A stretch of 63,832 nucleotides of DNA, filler included, from Rhabdomonas costata (lineage: Eukaryota): the NCBI GenBank assembly GCA_019059605.1. It is 43 parts of 43 records of this genome, joined end to end, with 100 filler letters (N's around TTAATTAATTAA, not from the genome) between each part and the next. Parts side by side here need not be neighbours in the genome. Positions count along the whole stretch, not along the records: positions 11,895 to 13,281 come from JAHMHO010017465.1; positions 13,382 to 14,768 come from JAHMHO010017466.1; positions 14,869 to 16,255 come from JAHMHO010017467.1; positions 16,356 to 17,768 come from JAHMHO010017468.1; positions 17,869 to 19,255 come from JAHMHO010017469.1; positions 19,356 to 20,742 come from JAHMHO010017470.1; positions 20,843 to 22,229 come from JAHMHO010017471.1; positions 22,330 to 23,716 come from JAHMHO010017472.1; 35 more parts are not named here. One strand, written 5' to 3'. The stretch's first letter is position 1, and every line of letters starts with the position of its first letter. This document shows, in pieces, positions 12,392-24,500 of the stretch. Made by a program: the position numbers and the translations under genes. Below the pieces are notes generated by a model that had not been told where the DNA came from, ran no database searches, and saw only the letters and a list, made by a program, of their open reading frames with translations.

Positions 12392-12936
12392 TTTCTACGA
12401 CAAAATTTACATCAGAGCTGTGGCCGAGAGAGAAAAAGCGAGGGGGGGGGACTTTCACGCGCCAGAGGAAGTAATTGAAGGAAAATTTTACAGCTTCGAG
12501 ATATCAGAAGAGGCGGAGGAGGTGAAGGTTGGATTCCCTCATGGCATACCGAATAAGCAAGCCCACCCAACCGCTGACTTTCAGGAACCCAGAGAGTCAA
12601 AAAATCGCATTTGTCCAGCGGGGGATGTCATGTGTCGGGGGCGGGGCAACCGGGCAGTATAGTTATGAATGGCAAACAGTTCATGACTCTCCCGCCAAGA
12701 GAGGGTTTATATTGTCCCCATGGTGTTTCGGTACAGCCTGAATTCAAAACGGGTGAAGAGTGGTCATCTCGCAATCGCACGACAAGGTTCATGCTCATGT
12801 TCAGCAACACCTGAATGCGTACGAACGGCCAGTTACGGTCCTGGAGCCTCTGGGAAACTCCGTTATTGCGGTGAGCAGTAACATCAATCATATAACCAGA
12901 ATTTGGTTTGGTTGACCGAGACAGTGTACACGTATA

Positions 12937-12992
12937 AGTAAGTAAGTCAGCCAGCCAGTCAGTCAGCCAGCCAGCCAGCCAGCCAGTCAGTA
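12937..12992 (+). repeat. Tetranucleotide microsatellite (AGTA/AGTC/AGCC)n
   Basis: Visible directly in the sequence. Confidence 0.9.
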
Positions 12993-13515
12993 CGTAACCT
13001 GAATGCCAAGCGGAAACGCAACATCGAACAAAGCTACCAACTGTTTGAACTACACACGATCCCGCTACATACATCAACCAAACGGTATCAACATGTGCCT
13101 GCTTTAACGGCACCAAGCTAAATTTGTGAAGGACTAACTCCCACTCCCACCACGGAAAAAACCTGACATCGAAGCCAAGGAACCCAGCGAACCGACTGTA
13201 GCACATGGCAGAAGTTAATGGCACATCGATCACTCACCGCCAGCTTGATGATCACTTAACAAGCAAGACCATGGACCACAANNNNNNNNNNNNNNNNNNN
13301 NNNNNNNNNNNNNNNNNNNNNNNNNTTAATTAATTAANNNNNNNNNNNNNNNNNNNNNNNNNNNNNNNNNNNNNNNNNNNNTGTTTGTGGTCGAAAACAG
13401 TTTGCAGAAAGTTTCTTTCCAATTTATTGCTTTTGTTGAATTGTAGCAAAAGTTTCTAGTCTCTTGCCTCTTTTTTTCTACAGCATCGTGGATCATATTT
13501 TCAGAAGGTATTTTC

Positions 13516-14216
13516 ATGCAGCCTTGGAGGCCTTACAGTTCGATGGAGGGTCGCTTTGCTCCCATCCTTTCAGCCCTTTCTCGCCCCCGAGCACTTCTGG
13601 GTTTCCTCACTGCCGCCTTCACAGTGACCATGCTTGGTGTGAGCTATAGGCGCAGTGGGACTGATAATTTGGCCCTCGGCCCTGTGCCTGCGATGCGACC
13701 CGGTGTGGCTGCGCCTCGCTTGCGTGGATTTCGGAATGTGTCCCCGTGGACGTACGGAACCTCCGGTGTATGCCATCACAAAGTTCCACCTTCCCTGCCT
13801 TTTCGGGGGCTTCAGGTCCGCTCCCCAGTCTCCGTTGCTCTGGTGGCCCCCCCACCCTTTTGGGAGCAATTTTATCGGGAGTGGTGGCTTCTTCGGGAGG
13901 GCTTTCGGACCCACCCGTTTATAAACCTAACCATTGTGACGACGCACTGCGGAGACATTGGACATCCTGCGACAAGTTTTGACATGCACGTCTTGATGAA
14001 CGGGTCTCCAATGGCGTGTGTGTGCAACTATACACTTATCCCATGGGAGTTGACCACTCCGGTGGTTCGAGTTGACTTCGCTGACGCAAAGTTCTGTGAT
14101 CGGGTGGACAGGAGGGAATTGGTCTCCTCCGTTGTATACTTCTACCGCGCCGCCGTGAGGCGGTTCAACGGCCGCTACAGTGGCCCAGTTCGCTGCCACC
14201 GCGGGGGCAGCTTCAG
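13516..14216 (+). CDS. Probable type II membrane protein (possible glycosyltransferase), first exon
   Basis: ORF of more than 230 codons with an N-terminal hydrophobic anchor (ALLGFLTAAFTVTMLGV) and a probable ag|gttcat donor near 14216. Confidence 0.45.
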
Positions 14217-14608
14217 GTTCATCTTTTTGTTGGTTCAGGGTCACCTTTGTCTGCTGCGCAGAGAGTTGGTCGCCCAATCGAGGTTGTTCATTATCCTTTG
14301 GAACTTTTTATTTCAGCTCGTTTTGCTGGGGACGTAGTGGCAACGTATGTTTGGTTTGAAATCTGACCAGGCCGGGATTGTTTAGAGAAGCATTATCGGG
14401 CCCGTGGGTGCATCGGGTAACGTTTGCCGGGTGGAGCGAATGCGATGTGGATGCGTTGGGCGATTGGATTTTGGATTTTGATATTTGTACAGCAGGCGTG
14501 TAAGGCGGTTGAGCTAGTGGGGATGAGATGCTTAGGTGAGCGTCGAGGAGGGCAAGGGGTGCTCATGGGATACTGGGATACTAGTCGGGTGTCACTCGGA
14601 AGGTTGCG

Positions 14609-14760
14609 GTAGGACAAGAGGTTGTGTCGCCATGTGTGCAAGACCGCTCCAATTGCAAGCGTCACCCCCTTCCACGAGGCGACTCGGACCGAGATGGAAG
14701 GGGGTGACGCTTGCAATTGGAGCGGTCTTGCACACATGGCGACACAACCTCTTGTCCTAC
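14609..14760. repeat. Perfect fold-back inverted repeat at a contig end (probable amplification artefact)
   Basis: Arms at about 14609-14674 and 14695-14760 are reverse complements. Similar structures occur at 22330-22449, 23614-23711, 23817-23950, 35492-35603, 35704-35850, 46102-46163, 50560-50779, 54590-54917 and 56292-56403. Confidence 0.9.
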
Positions 14761-15418
14761 CCAACCCCNNNNNNNNNNNNNNNNNNNNNNNNNNNNNNNN
14801 NNNNNNNNNNNNTTAATTAATTAANNNNNNNNNNNNNNNNNNNNNNNNNNNNNNNNNNNNNNNNNNNNTTTCCTTCTCTTGGAACCTCACTTGTACTGCG
14901 GCAACTGGAAATCCAGAGACAACGCCCTATCCCTCTCTCCCGCGCGTAGAAACAATGGGCATCCACCTCTGACTCCAGCCTCGTGTCTATGCAAGTCCCC
15001 ACCTTCTTTTTCCTTTTATAATGCATGCTGTAGGATGTGCTTATCGATCATTTTTAGCCCCCCCCCCCTTTTTTTTTGCGTTTTCGAGAGACATTTGATG
15101 TTTGGGGCGGAGGTGCAGATGAAGTGTTGTGCATTTCTCAAGGACGCAATTTCGTGCGAAAGTGTGCCAAATTAGGTGTAAACCAGACATTGCACGTTTA
15201 TGCAGAAGTGAGATAGAGAGCTATGCCAAAAACCCCATGTTTCCACAGCGAAGAACGTTTTTCACTGTGTCAGTTTTCGGCCGTGTGCTGGCCTTCCCAT
15301 TCAAATAATGAGGTATGCATCTGCTGAGTCCGATCCCGTGTTTTGCTAATGTTTCTCTCTTTCTTTCTTTCCATTCGTATGTCTTCTTCTTCTGCAACAG
15401 TTATCCCCGCATCGAAGA

Positions 15419-15991
15419 ATGGCATATACCGCCCACAAGTCGGACCGCATGATGGAGGAGCTCCGTCACAGTCCTGCCGAGGTAGATGCCGCTGCCTCTG
15501 CAGTTGCCGCGTTGCTTCGCTCAGCGAAACACGCAGTTGTTTTTACTGGGGCAGGTATCTCTACCTCCACCGGCATTCCAGACTTCCGTGGCCCTGACGG
15601 GGTGTGGACACTGGCCGCTCAGAACCGCACCCGTGTCACACCAACCACGGACATGCTTTGTGCCGTGCCCAGCCCCACTCACATGGCCATCGTTGAGCTT
15701 CACCGCCGAGGGGTGATTCACCACGTCATTTCGCAAAATGTGGACGGGCTGCATCTGCGAAGCGGGTTGCCCTCCAGCGCCCTGTCTGAGCTTCACGGGA
15801 ACTCTACCGTGGAGCAGTGCGACACCTGCGGAAAGAAATTTTTGCGAGACTTCCGCGTCCTGGAGCAGCTTAACCACTACACTGGGAGGACCTGTGACAC
15901 GGGGTGTGGTGGTCAGCTTCGGGACAATATCATCAACTTTGGAGAAAATCTTCCATTCGTTGAGCTCCACCAGGGCTTCGAGCACAGCAAA
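15419..15991 (+). CDS. NAD-dependent deacylase, class IV sirtuin (SIRT6/7-like), N-terminal part
   Basis: Motifs FTGAGISTSTGIPDFRGPDGVWT, SQNVDGLHLRSG, ELHGN, CxxC...CxxxC and NFGENLP. Confidence 0.95.
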
Positions 15992-16355
15992 TTAAAACCC
16001 CCAAATGGGAGATAGCAAGGAGTGTGGCCTCCGCCCGTTCCCAGCGTCCGCCGGAATGTCACCCTCTTCTTCCCACTTACCTCTCACCCTACTCCCCGCA
16101 CCTGTCATCTCATATCCGCTAGAATCGGATTTCAATTTCAGATGAAACGAGCCTCACCAAAAGCCCCAGTTGCAGAGAACCCGACGAATGGCACCCCAAG
16201 GCAGGCGGAATTGGTGCCCTGCTGATAAGGATTCAATCTTTGAAACAACAACCCCNNNNNNNNNNNNNNNNNNNNNNNNNNNNNNNNNNNNNNNNNNNNT
16301 TAATTAATTAANNNNNNNNNNNNNNNNNNNNNNNNNNNNNNNNNNNNNNNNNNNN

Positions 16356-16767
16356 CGGCTGGAGTTCGAGGGCAGTGAGATCCTCGTGGACCCCACGTTT
16401 GCTGTCTTCATCACGATGAACCCAGGTCCCGAGTGGGAAACTGCACCCAAGTTTGGTTATTATTTGAAAACATAAAGTAAAAATAAAATCATTATTTTAA
16501 AAACAATTCAAAAAAAAACGAATAAAACATGAAAGGGAAGCGGAAAAGATCCGGCCAAAAAGAGAGAGAGAGAGCCCCTGAGAACCGAAACACAGCCGCC
16601 TACCGCCCACACTTTGACCCGTTGCATTTGGGCATGGTGCTGCCAATGAGTTTATTTTATTGCTTTGTATCATTTAAATTCCGTGAATGCATGTGTTACT
16701 CAGGTTACGCGGGGCGCACGGAGCTTCCAGACAACCTCAAGATCCTTTTCCGCCCGGTCGCGTGCAT

Positions 16768-16833
<66 letters not shown>

Positions 16834-17565
16834 AGATGGGTTATTTGGAGCTGCTCCCCTCTTGGTTTTTTCCTCTGCAAAATGTGGTGTGTCGTTGAGC
16901 GAGGAGAGACTTTTCTGTTTTTCGGCCATCCCTGCGAGTCTGCCGTTTTTTTCGATCGACGGTTTTCGAGTGTTTTCCAACACTGCCAGAACTGGAGCCC
17001 TCCCAGATGCGTGTGGGGTGCGTCCAGGTGCCCGACTACGCGATGATTGCTGAGGTACGAATGTTCAGCTTCGGGTACACCTCCGCCCGCGAGCTGGCCC
17101 GCAAAATCGTCACCACGTTCCGCTTGAGCTCGGAGCAGCTCTCCAGTCAGGACCACTATGACTTTGGGATGAGAGCGGTCAGCACAGGTCATGCCCCCTT
17201 TCCCCTCTCCCCACCCACAGAACCTCGAAAAGGAGTGAAGCAAGACTTCGTGAAGGCGTTGACGGACGTGGGTGGGAACCTGTCATATTTGAGCAAGATC
17301 TTCTCCAGAGGGGGCCAAAACGTCTCGGACATCCTTGGAGCACGAGCCTTTCACTGTTTTCTTTGGACAAGTGAAGTAGATTTTTCTCACTCCTGTCTTC
17401 CCTCTCGAGAACTGGTTGCAAACACTCGTGATGTGTCTGCCGTGCACCCACCCAGCACCCGATTGTTTTGTTACAGTGATCTCTGCTGCGGGGCTGATGA
17501 AGAGGGATGACCGCACCGCGGACGAGGGCGTGCTTCTGCTGCGGGCCTTGAGAAGCTCCAACCTG
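16356..17565 (+). CDS. Axonemal dynein heavy chain, AAA1 region, four exons (16356-16425, 16704-16768, 17028-17187, 17477-17565)
   Basis: FITMNPG|YAGRTELPDNLKILFRPVACM|VPDYAMIAEV...LSSEQLSSQDHYDFGMRAVST|VISAAG. All introns are GT-AG and join in frame. Confidence 0.97.
16769..16832 (+). repeat. (GT)n microsatellite starting exactly at a splice donor
   Basis: Visible directly. Its first GT is the donor of dynein intron 2. Confidence 0.95.
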
Positions 17566-17992
17566 GTTCCCCCCCGCCCCCATGCTCCTTGGTCAGCAAT
17601 AAGCGATTACCTTCGCCCAAACCCCGTGGGTTTTTTGTGGTGTTTGCGTGTGAGAGTGATAATGCCTGGTTTGAGAAGGTGAAAAGGTCAAAAACGTTCA
17701 ATAGTTCCACTCCCCATGTTCCCCGCTGCAGGGACATAACTTTGCTTCCTGCGTCCTGCAATTTTATTNNNNNNNNNNNNNNNNNNNNNNNNNNNNNNNN
17801 NNNNNNNNNNNNTTAATTAATTAANNNNNNNNNNNNNNNNNNNNNNNNNNNNNNNNNNNNNNNNNNNNTGTGTCTGTTCGCAAGCGAAGTACAGGGCGAA
17901 GCGCTCCAAAATTTCTCAGCAACAGCTTGCCTTCTGTTTCACCACATGACATGTCCTAATTTTCTGCATGGGTTGCTGTCTCCTTGCGGTAG

Positions 17993-18744
17993 GCCTTCAT
18001 CCATGAGATGGCCTGGCTGATTAGCAAGGTCTTGCGGCTGCGCTGCAGCACGGAGGCCATCCGTGTCCTTGACGACTTGAAACGGTTAACACTGGCTATC
18101 TGTTGCTCTTCTGTGCCTTCCCCCTCCCTAATGCCCTAATGCGAGGCTCTGCATGTCTCTCATGCGCGCTTCCCTGCTGGTTGTACGAGTGCTCGAGCAC
18201 TACCTATCAAATCGTCTTTCGTTCACTGGTTCGTCCACTTGGGGTGCACGAACTGTGTCCATTCAAAGATGTCGATCTTTGCATATGCAAGTGGAACGAA
18301 GAGAAAACAAAACCAGTGCGAGCAAGAAGCTACATTGCAAACTGAGGGATTGCGGGGGAATGTCTCAGAGAACCAAAACTTTATGAGAACTGGAATGCTC
18401 TCTGGCACTTGGGCGACAATTCTGGCGCGTGGTGTTGTTTAGGCGTCTCGTGGATGCGGAGCAAAGGCACGCTTCTGCTGCTGCTGCGGTGCCACTTAAA
18501 AGCCTACCCCCTGAGAAGAGACCTGAACCTAGCGCTGAGGGCTCAGGGTACCCGAGGTCCTTGACCACTCCTGTGGTCACGTCTGCCTCCTCTATTCAGT
18601 TGTGCACGGAGCTGCCGCGTACGGCCGCAGTCTCCAGCGTTTCAACGATGTCCGTGCGTATGCGGGTGGAGCCCAAGGTGATTGAGGGTAAGGGCTGTGG
18701 TGCCTGCTCGGAGTTGCCTGCTGCCGCAGAGGCTCCAGCCAGTG
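17993..18744 (+). CDS. Unknown protein, two exons (17993-18084, 18443-about 18744)
   Basis: AFIHEMAWLISKVLRLRCSTEAIRVLDDLKR|RLVDAEQR... joined by an in-frame GT-AG intron. Confidence 0.5.
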
Positions 18745-19485
18745 GTATGCATTTGAGCAGGCAGGGAAGAGTCATGCCCAATTGTGAACGTCCGCGCCAC
18801 CCGTTTTGTGGACTTTTCTTTCCCCATAGCATTTCTGCACATTCTCTGTGGAGGGGAGGAGGATGAGAAGAGGTGATGTTAGATTGCCATGCTTATGTTT
18901 TCCTGTGCTTGATTAGGTTGCCTCGGTTAGTGCTCGCCCCGGGGGCAACCGCCTTATGATGGAAGCTTTGCATCGAGACTAAGATTGCAGTTGCGAGAAT
19001 TCCAGCAGTTGGGGACAGTGAGCAATGTTAACCACCGAATGGAAAACTTGGGGGATGGTCGGGAAGGAATTCCTGTGAGATTGACGGTATTGGAGCCCTT
19101 TGTAAGTGTGGCTGGTTCTGGGAGCCTATTCTGGGGGCATTGTGCGCTTTTGCTCATGCAACCCGCCTTATCGACACGTCATCTAATTTACTTTGCAGTC
19201 TGGCTGCATGACTTTATTTTCTTTGGCATGCGGTGCATCGCTGTCAGGCTCCAGTNNNNNNNNNNNNNNNNNNNNNNNNNNNNNNNNNNNNNNNNNNNNT
19301 TAATTAATTAANNNNNNNNNNNNNNNNNNNNNNNNNNNNNNNNNNNNNNNNNNNNGGTTTTTGTTTCCTTTCTGTCCCTGATAAATTTTCTACAGTTCTG
19401 TAAAACAGCTGTATCTGTGTGTTGATGTACAATAGTGCCCAGTGCCGCAGGCCGTGTTTTTGCCACAGAAAATTTCTAAAAGAGT

Positions 19486-19752
19486 TTAAGAGACCGACAT
19501 AGGATCAAATGATTGCCCCTGGTACACCGCCCGCTTTACGCCCTGCTCTGGACGGAAAGGGCCCAAAGCTCGCGTCATTTGCCGGTCGGTCCCCGCTTTG
19601 CGGGGATCACCAACAGTGGACCCCATCTTTGCCAGAGCAGCATGATGGCGAAGCAAGGTCACCACAAACGAAGCCAGTGCGGCGAAAAACAGCAGAACTA
19701 TAACAGTGCTCCCGATTCGGACCCTTCTGCACAGCCGCGGCAAAGCAACCAT
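19486..19752 (-). CDS. Possible N-terminus of a membrane-anchored protein
   Basis: MVALPRLCRRVRIGSTVIVLLFFAALASFVVTLL shows a basic-then-hydrophobic signal-anchor pattern. Confidence 0.35.
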   Translation of the reverse strand: MVALPRLCRRVRIGSTVIVLLFFAALASFVVTLLRHHAALAKMGSTVGDPRKAGTDRQMTRALGPFRPEQGVKRAVYQGQSFDPMSVS

Positions 19753-21479
19753 GGAACATTCGAGCAAAACCCAACACAAAGCACAAAAAGGAATGGAAGG
19801 TTCAGAGACGAACTGGAGGAAAACAGTGCGACCGTCGCGCAAATGACAATTGCCCGAATTCAACATCTGCTTACATTCTGATCTTAAACTCATGCCCAAT
19901 GGAAGTTGGGGGGCTTGGAAGGGCCGGTTTTGGCCTTTTGCAGGCCTGCATTCTGAGCCTGAGCTTGTGGCCCGCCTGCTTAGCATACCTAAGGCCGGAA
20001 TGCTTCGGTTTAGAGCCACGCCAGAGGCCATTCAGAGGCCATTCTTGCAAGTCACATTTTGTTTCGCAAAGGTTTCCACATGCCAGTCAACAGCTCGTCA
20101 TGCCCTCCACGTAACCCATTAGTGAAGAAACGGCACTGTGACCAGAGCGCTTCAGTAACTTCACTCAGTCTCCAGGGTTCGAGCCACATTCTCTACATCA
20201 GGACAGCACACAGGATACGAAACACTGAGCCACTGCTTATTTGGAGAGAGCACAGATGCACAAAAGAAAACCGCCAACCCATGCAGAATGCTCGTCTCCA
20301 GCCAATCGAGCAAAACCCAACAGGATGTCACTGATGCCCTGAAAGAGCAAAAGCATCACAGGGGAGTGCGAAAAAACGGAGTGCACTTAAGGAAAGCAAC
20401 AGCACACAGAAATGAATCACCATGGGCCTTAAACTAGAATTGCCTCAAAACAACTGCGCCTTTGGAAACCACTTCGTTTGTATATCAATCAATTTGATGC
20501 TGGCCATTGTTGAGGAGGTTCCATTTAATAAGATGCAGGCAGCTTTTCACAGAAGTTGGTCCATTGGAAGTTACAGCTGACATTAAATTTCTCCCACACA
20601 GACCACCGGTGTTCGAAAGAGCGGCCTAATGGCGTTTCAGCCCAACAGAACAGAAAATCCAACATTAATCTTTCCCTCTTCTCCTCGCCCCTTACCCATA
20701 TTACCCCCTCTGTGCGTGTCCGTTTGCCCCCAACTGCTGACANNNNNNNNNNNNNNNNNNNNNNNNNNNNNNNNNNNNNNNNNNNNTTAATTAATTAANN
20801 NNNNNNNNNNNNNNNNNNNNNNNNNNNNNNNNNNNNNNNNNNCCGACTTTCCAGAGTCGATGGAGCGGGATCACCTGGGGGTTCCCTCAGCACTAGATGC
20901 CCTGGTGAGCCGGCTGGAAAAGGCCACGAGGCCACCTCCACTCCCCGCAGTATGCACGGAAAGCCCTCTTTCAGTGGCATTTTTCAGTGGCTTCCAGGTG
21001 CCATCGTTCACCATCCGCTGTGGTCGTTCCCAAAACCAGCCCACCCACCAGCCGGGCCATTGGTTGCTGCAAAGTTTGCTCTGCTTTGGCCGGCAAACGT
21101 GTGAAAATCGATGGATCACAAATGTGCAGGGAGGGACGGGGGGGGGTGACTTGTATGTCAACCTCTAATCCGTTCAACCCTTGTGCCGGAATCAAGGGAA
21201 CATATACGCCCGCCATCTTACCCACTACAAACTGCGTGCCTTCCACTGGTCTTGTATTGGAATCGAAGTGGAACAAAAAAATCCCCAAGGTAGATCACTT
21301 AACACGCCCGGGTCGAGCAGGTCAAGGGTCAATCTCCTTCAATTGCCGATTCTTTCCCAGACAGGGGGTGGGTGGGGAACAAGCAAAGCAACAAAACCGT
21401 CCCACGAGACGTATAAATAAAACAAGAACAAAACAGAAGCTACGGGGCATCTATGCTTGCGCTCGCGAGAATGGCAGAC

Positions 21480-21589
21480 CTGTGCCCATGAAGCACAGGT
21501 CGGGCCCAGCAGGGACAAAGTCGCGGCCAGTCATTCGCAGGGGGTTGGGAAGCTCGGCGATAATGGGCAGCCCCACCCGCTGGAAGCAC
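21480..21589 (-). CDS. Arginine deiminase/amidinotransferase-like exon
   Basis: CFQRVGLPIIAELPNPLRMTGRDFVPAGPDLCFMGT, bounded by AG and GT, resembles the ADI segment G.PII.E...P..LEGGDF.PAG.DL..G.G. Confidence 0.7.
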
Positions 21590-24500
21590 CTGCCCCCATA
21601 GCACATCGGGGAGAAGCTATTCGCTTGTGCTGGAAATTAATCACCCGTACGGGACCTCGTCATAAAATCCAACAAAAAAGATAACGCATAAAAAAATCGG
21701 AGTGCGGCCAAAATAACAGTCATGGGGCTCCCTGCCCGATACACCCCCCACTGGGGATTCACTTTCTTTCCCCGCACTACAGTGTTGTTCGATTTTGTGT
21801 CCCGTTCTCCCCCTTCGCACTCCTGCGTACACCATAGCCCCTACAAACCACCCTACATCTTGACCCAATTCCCCCAATCTACGCAATCCCTCCTCCCCTA
21901 TCACGCACACTCCCCGCTCAAAAAGCAGTACGAAATGTTGCGTCCACTACTAGAGTCAAGTCAATAGATATAGCACGTTACTCCGTAAACTCAGATCACG
22001 CGCTCTTTAGCCTCAGTAGCATGAAAACGTTTAAAACATATTGTATGCATACACACAAGCCTAGCTGCATTTCAAAGCGTTCTCAGGACTTCAATTGGAA
22101 ACTCGTAACATACTAATTCTGAGTTTCGGAATGTAACTTACCATATGTCAGTTTGGGAGTGAAATAAAGGAGGGGGTGGCGCACCACTTCAGGACGTTGA
22201 TCTCGCACTGGCACGACTGACAAACCCACNNNNNNNNNNNNNNNNNNNNNNNNNNNNNNNNNNNNNNNNNNNNTTAATTAATTAANNNNNNNNNNNNNNN
22301 NNNNNNNNNNNNNNNNNNNNNNNNNNNNNGGTGGTGGTGTTTCGGTATCCTTCCTAACTGGTCTCGACCTCACTCTGGTTCGGACTCCAGCAATTGTTGA
22401 ATCCAGATGAGGTCGAGACCAGTTAGGAAGGATACCGAAACTCCACCATCCTGACTGACCACCGCGACGTCCATAATTCGAACCTCTGAGCCAGGAGAAG
22501 GCGTGGGGAAGAGAGAATCTCGGAACTTCACGCTTTGCAGAGTTGACTGGGCAGCGCGGGCAGCCGGGGATGGGTACACACCTCTGGGCGAAGGCAGAGC
22601 TCGGGCTGGATGGGCCGCTTCGCCTCCGCCTTCATTCGGCGGCTAAAAAAGAAGCAGAGGCCCTCCAGGAAGCTCCCTGTGATCGGCGAGAGAAGAGAAG
22701 AACATGGGGGGTGGGTAGAGAAGCAAAAATGCCTGATAACCGATGGCTGATTGAGTGTACTGGTTAGCCTTTCCAAGGGACCTGGTTAGGACCTGGTTAG
22801 CCTTTCCAAAAATGACACACAGGGGATTCATAGAATGCATGCCACTTTCTCTTCTCCCTGCGCCGACAGCACTCACCCATCACCCCCACCACATCACCCC
22901 CGCAATACCTTGGGAACATCGACGGGGGGGGGGGCAAAGACAAACTCCAATGTACACCAATAGAGTTTGTTGCGGAGTCCTTTTCTGTCTGCAGCGGGGG
23001 GCCTTCGAGGTTCTCCCACAACTTGGTCAATGTGCAGACCCTCCCGCTTGGAACCATCAATCATGGCACATTCAGCCGCGGAGTAATAACTCGCTCGCGC
23101 TCGTCCCGTCTGGACTTATAGTTGTTGAGGCCTCTTTTCGCCACTTCTATTCCATGGGATACGGGCCAAAGTCTTCCGACTTGGAGCAGCAACCGTCGCA
23201 CCGTCCCTCCGGTGCTTTTCGCAGAGATGCGACGTGGGCTTGGACCTTCTTAAAACAAAATTCTCCCCCACAGGAGGTGCAGCCAAAGGTCTCAGGTATT
23301 GATTGTACAGATGAGACAAAAAGGCTTCCCTGGCGTGTTCCTGACGTACATCAGGCTACTCCTTGTCATCTTTCTGCTGTCTTAGGCCGTTTCTTCCTTA
23401 CGCCCACAACGCGCTGGAAATGATGGAGGATGCCCCCCACCCCAACTGCACCCCCAAACACACACCTTTAAAAGTCTTCTCGTTTTCTCTGAAGTGTACG
23501 CGGTCGTCCATCCACCAAATGTTTGCTAGTTATACCATTTAGCTCTCCGACAACAAGTAGTAGTTACGCTCCAGAAGAAAAAGAGAGAGACACTTATATT
23601 TGGTTTTCATATGTATCATGCCCAAACCGCATTTCCAGTGGAGTCCATTTTTGTGCATAAGCCCAAAGTTTCCCCCACTCCTGTGGAAATGCGGTTTGGG
23701 CATGATACACAAAAAANNNNNNNNNNNNNNNNNNNNNNNNNNNNNNNNNNNNNNNNNNNNTTAATTAATTAANNNNNNNNNNNNNNNNNNNNNNNNNNNN
23801 NNNNNNNNNNNNNNNNGTTTGTTGGTTCACCATTTCTTTTTTTGGTACATATTTACACAAAAGACCCCAGGCCTGCTTCGACGAGGGCTAGCCGAAGCAG
23901 GCCTGGGGTCTTTTGTGTAAATATGTACCAAAAAAAGAAATGGTGAACCATAAAAAAATGAATGCACCTATAAAAAGAAAGGCTGTTTGGTGTTTCAAAG
24001 GTCCACGGAAAAGGGGAGAGGAATAGGGATACACATTCACCGTAAGCGTGGAGTTCTCGGGTCCCGTGTTTGGGCACAGGCTCACGCATGACCATGCATG
24101 ACGCATGCTGATCCTATGTCTTGCGTGTGTGGCGATGACGAGCGGGTGCACCTCTAAAAAACCATCGTTCTTCTCCAGCAGAGGGGCATCCTTCTCCTCT
24201 GCGAGAAATGAGGCGCTGCGCAAGAACGGTGCCACTCGAGGTGTAGTCATTCCCTCAATACAGCCCTCAATGAGTGCTGGAACAGAGATCCAAAAAAGAG
24301 AACAAAAAAAGGGGGAAGAAATCAAGGAAGCTGGGTTGAAAAAACGGTCGCGGGGAATGGCGGAAACGGGTGGGTTCATGTGCAGCGTGCCCCTCACTCT
24401 CGCGCTCAAGCGCTAGTGCATTAATGCCCACCCCCCCATAGTAATCCACCCTATTTGGGCTGTAAACTAGTGCTTTTATGGACCCCTTCCGGAGAGAGCG

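Noticed and set aside
23100..23400. KKVQAHV on the minus strand resembling an RNase H C-terminal motif
   Set aside because: It is a single short motif with no supporting GNE.AD or upstream acidic residues.
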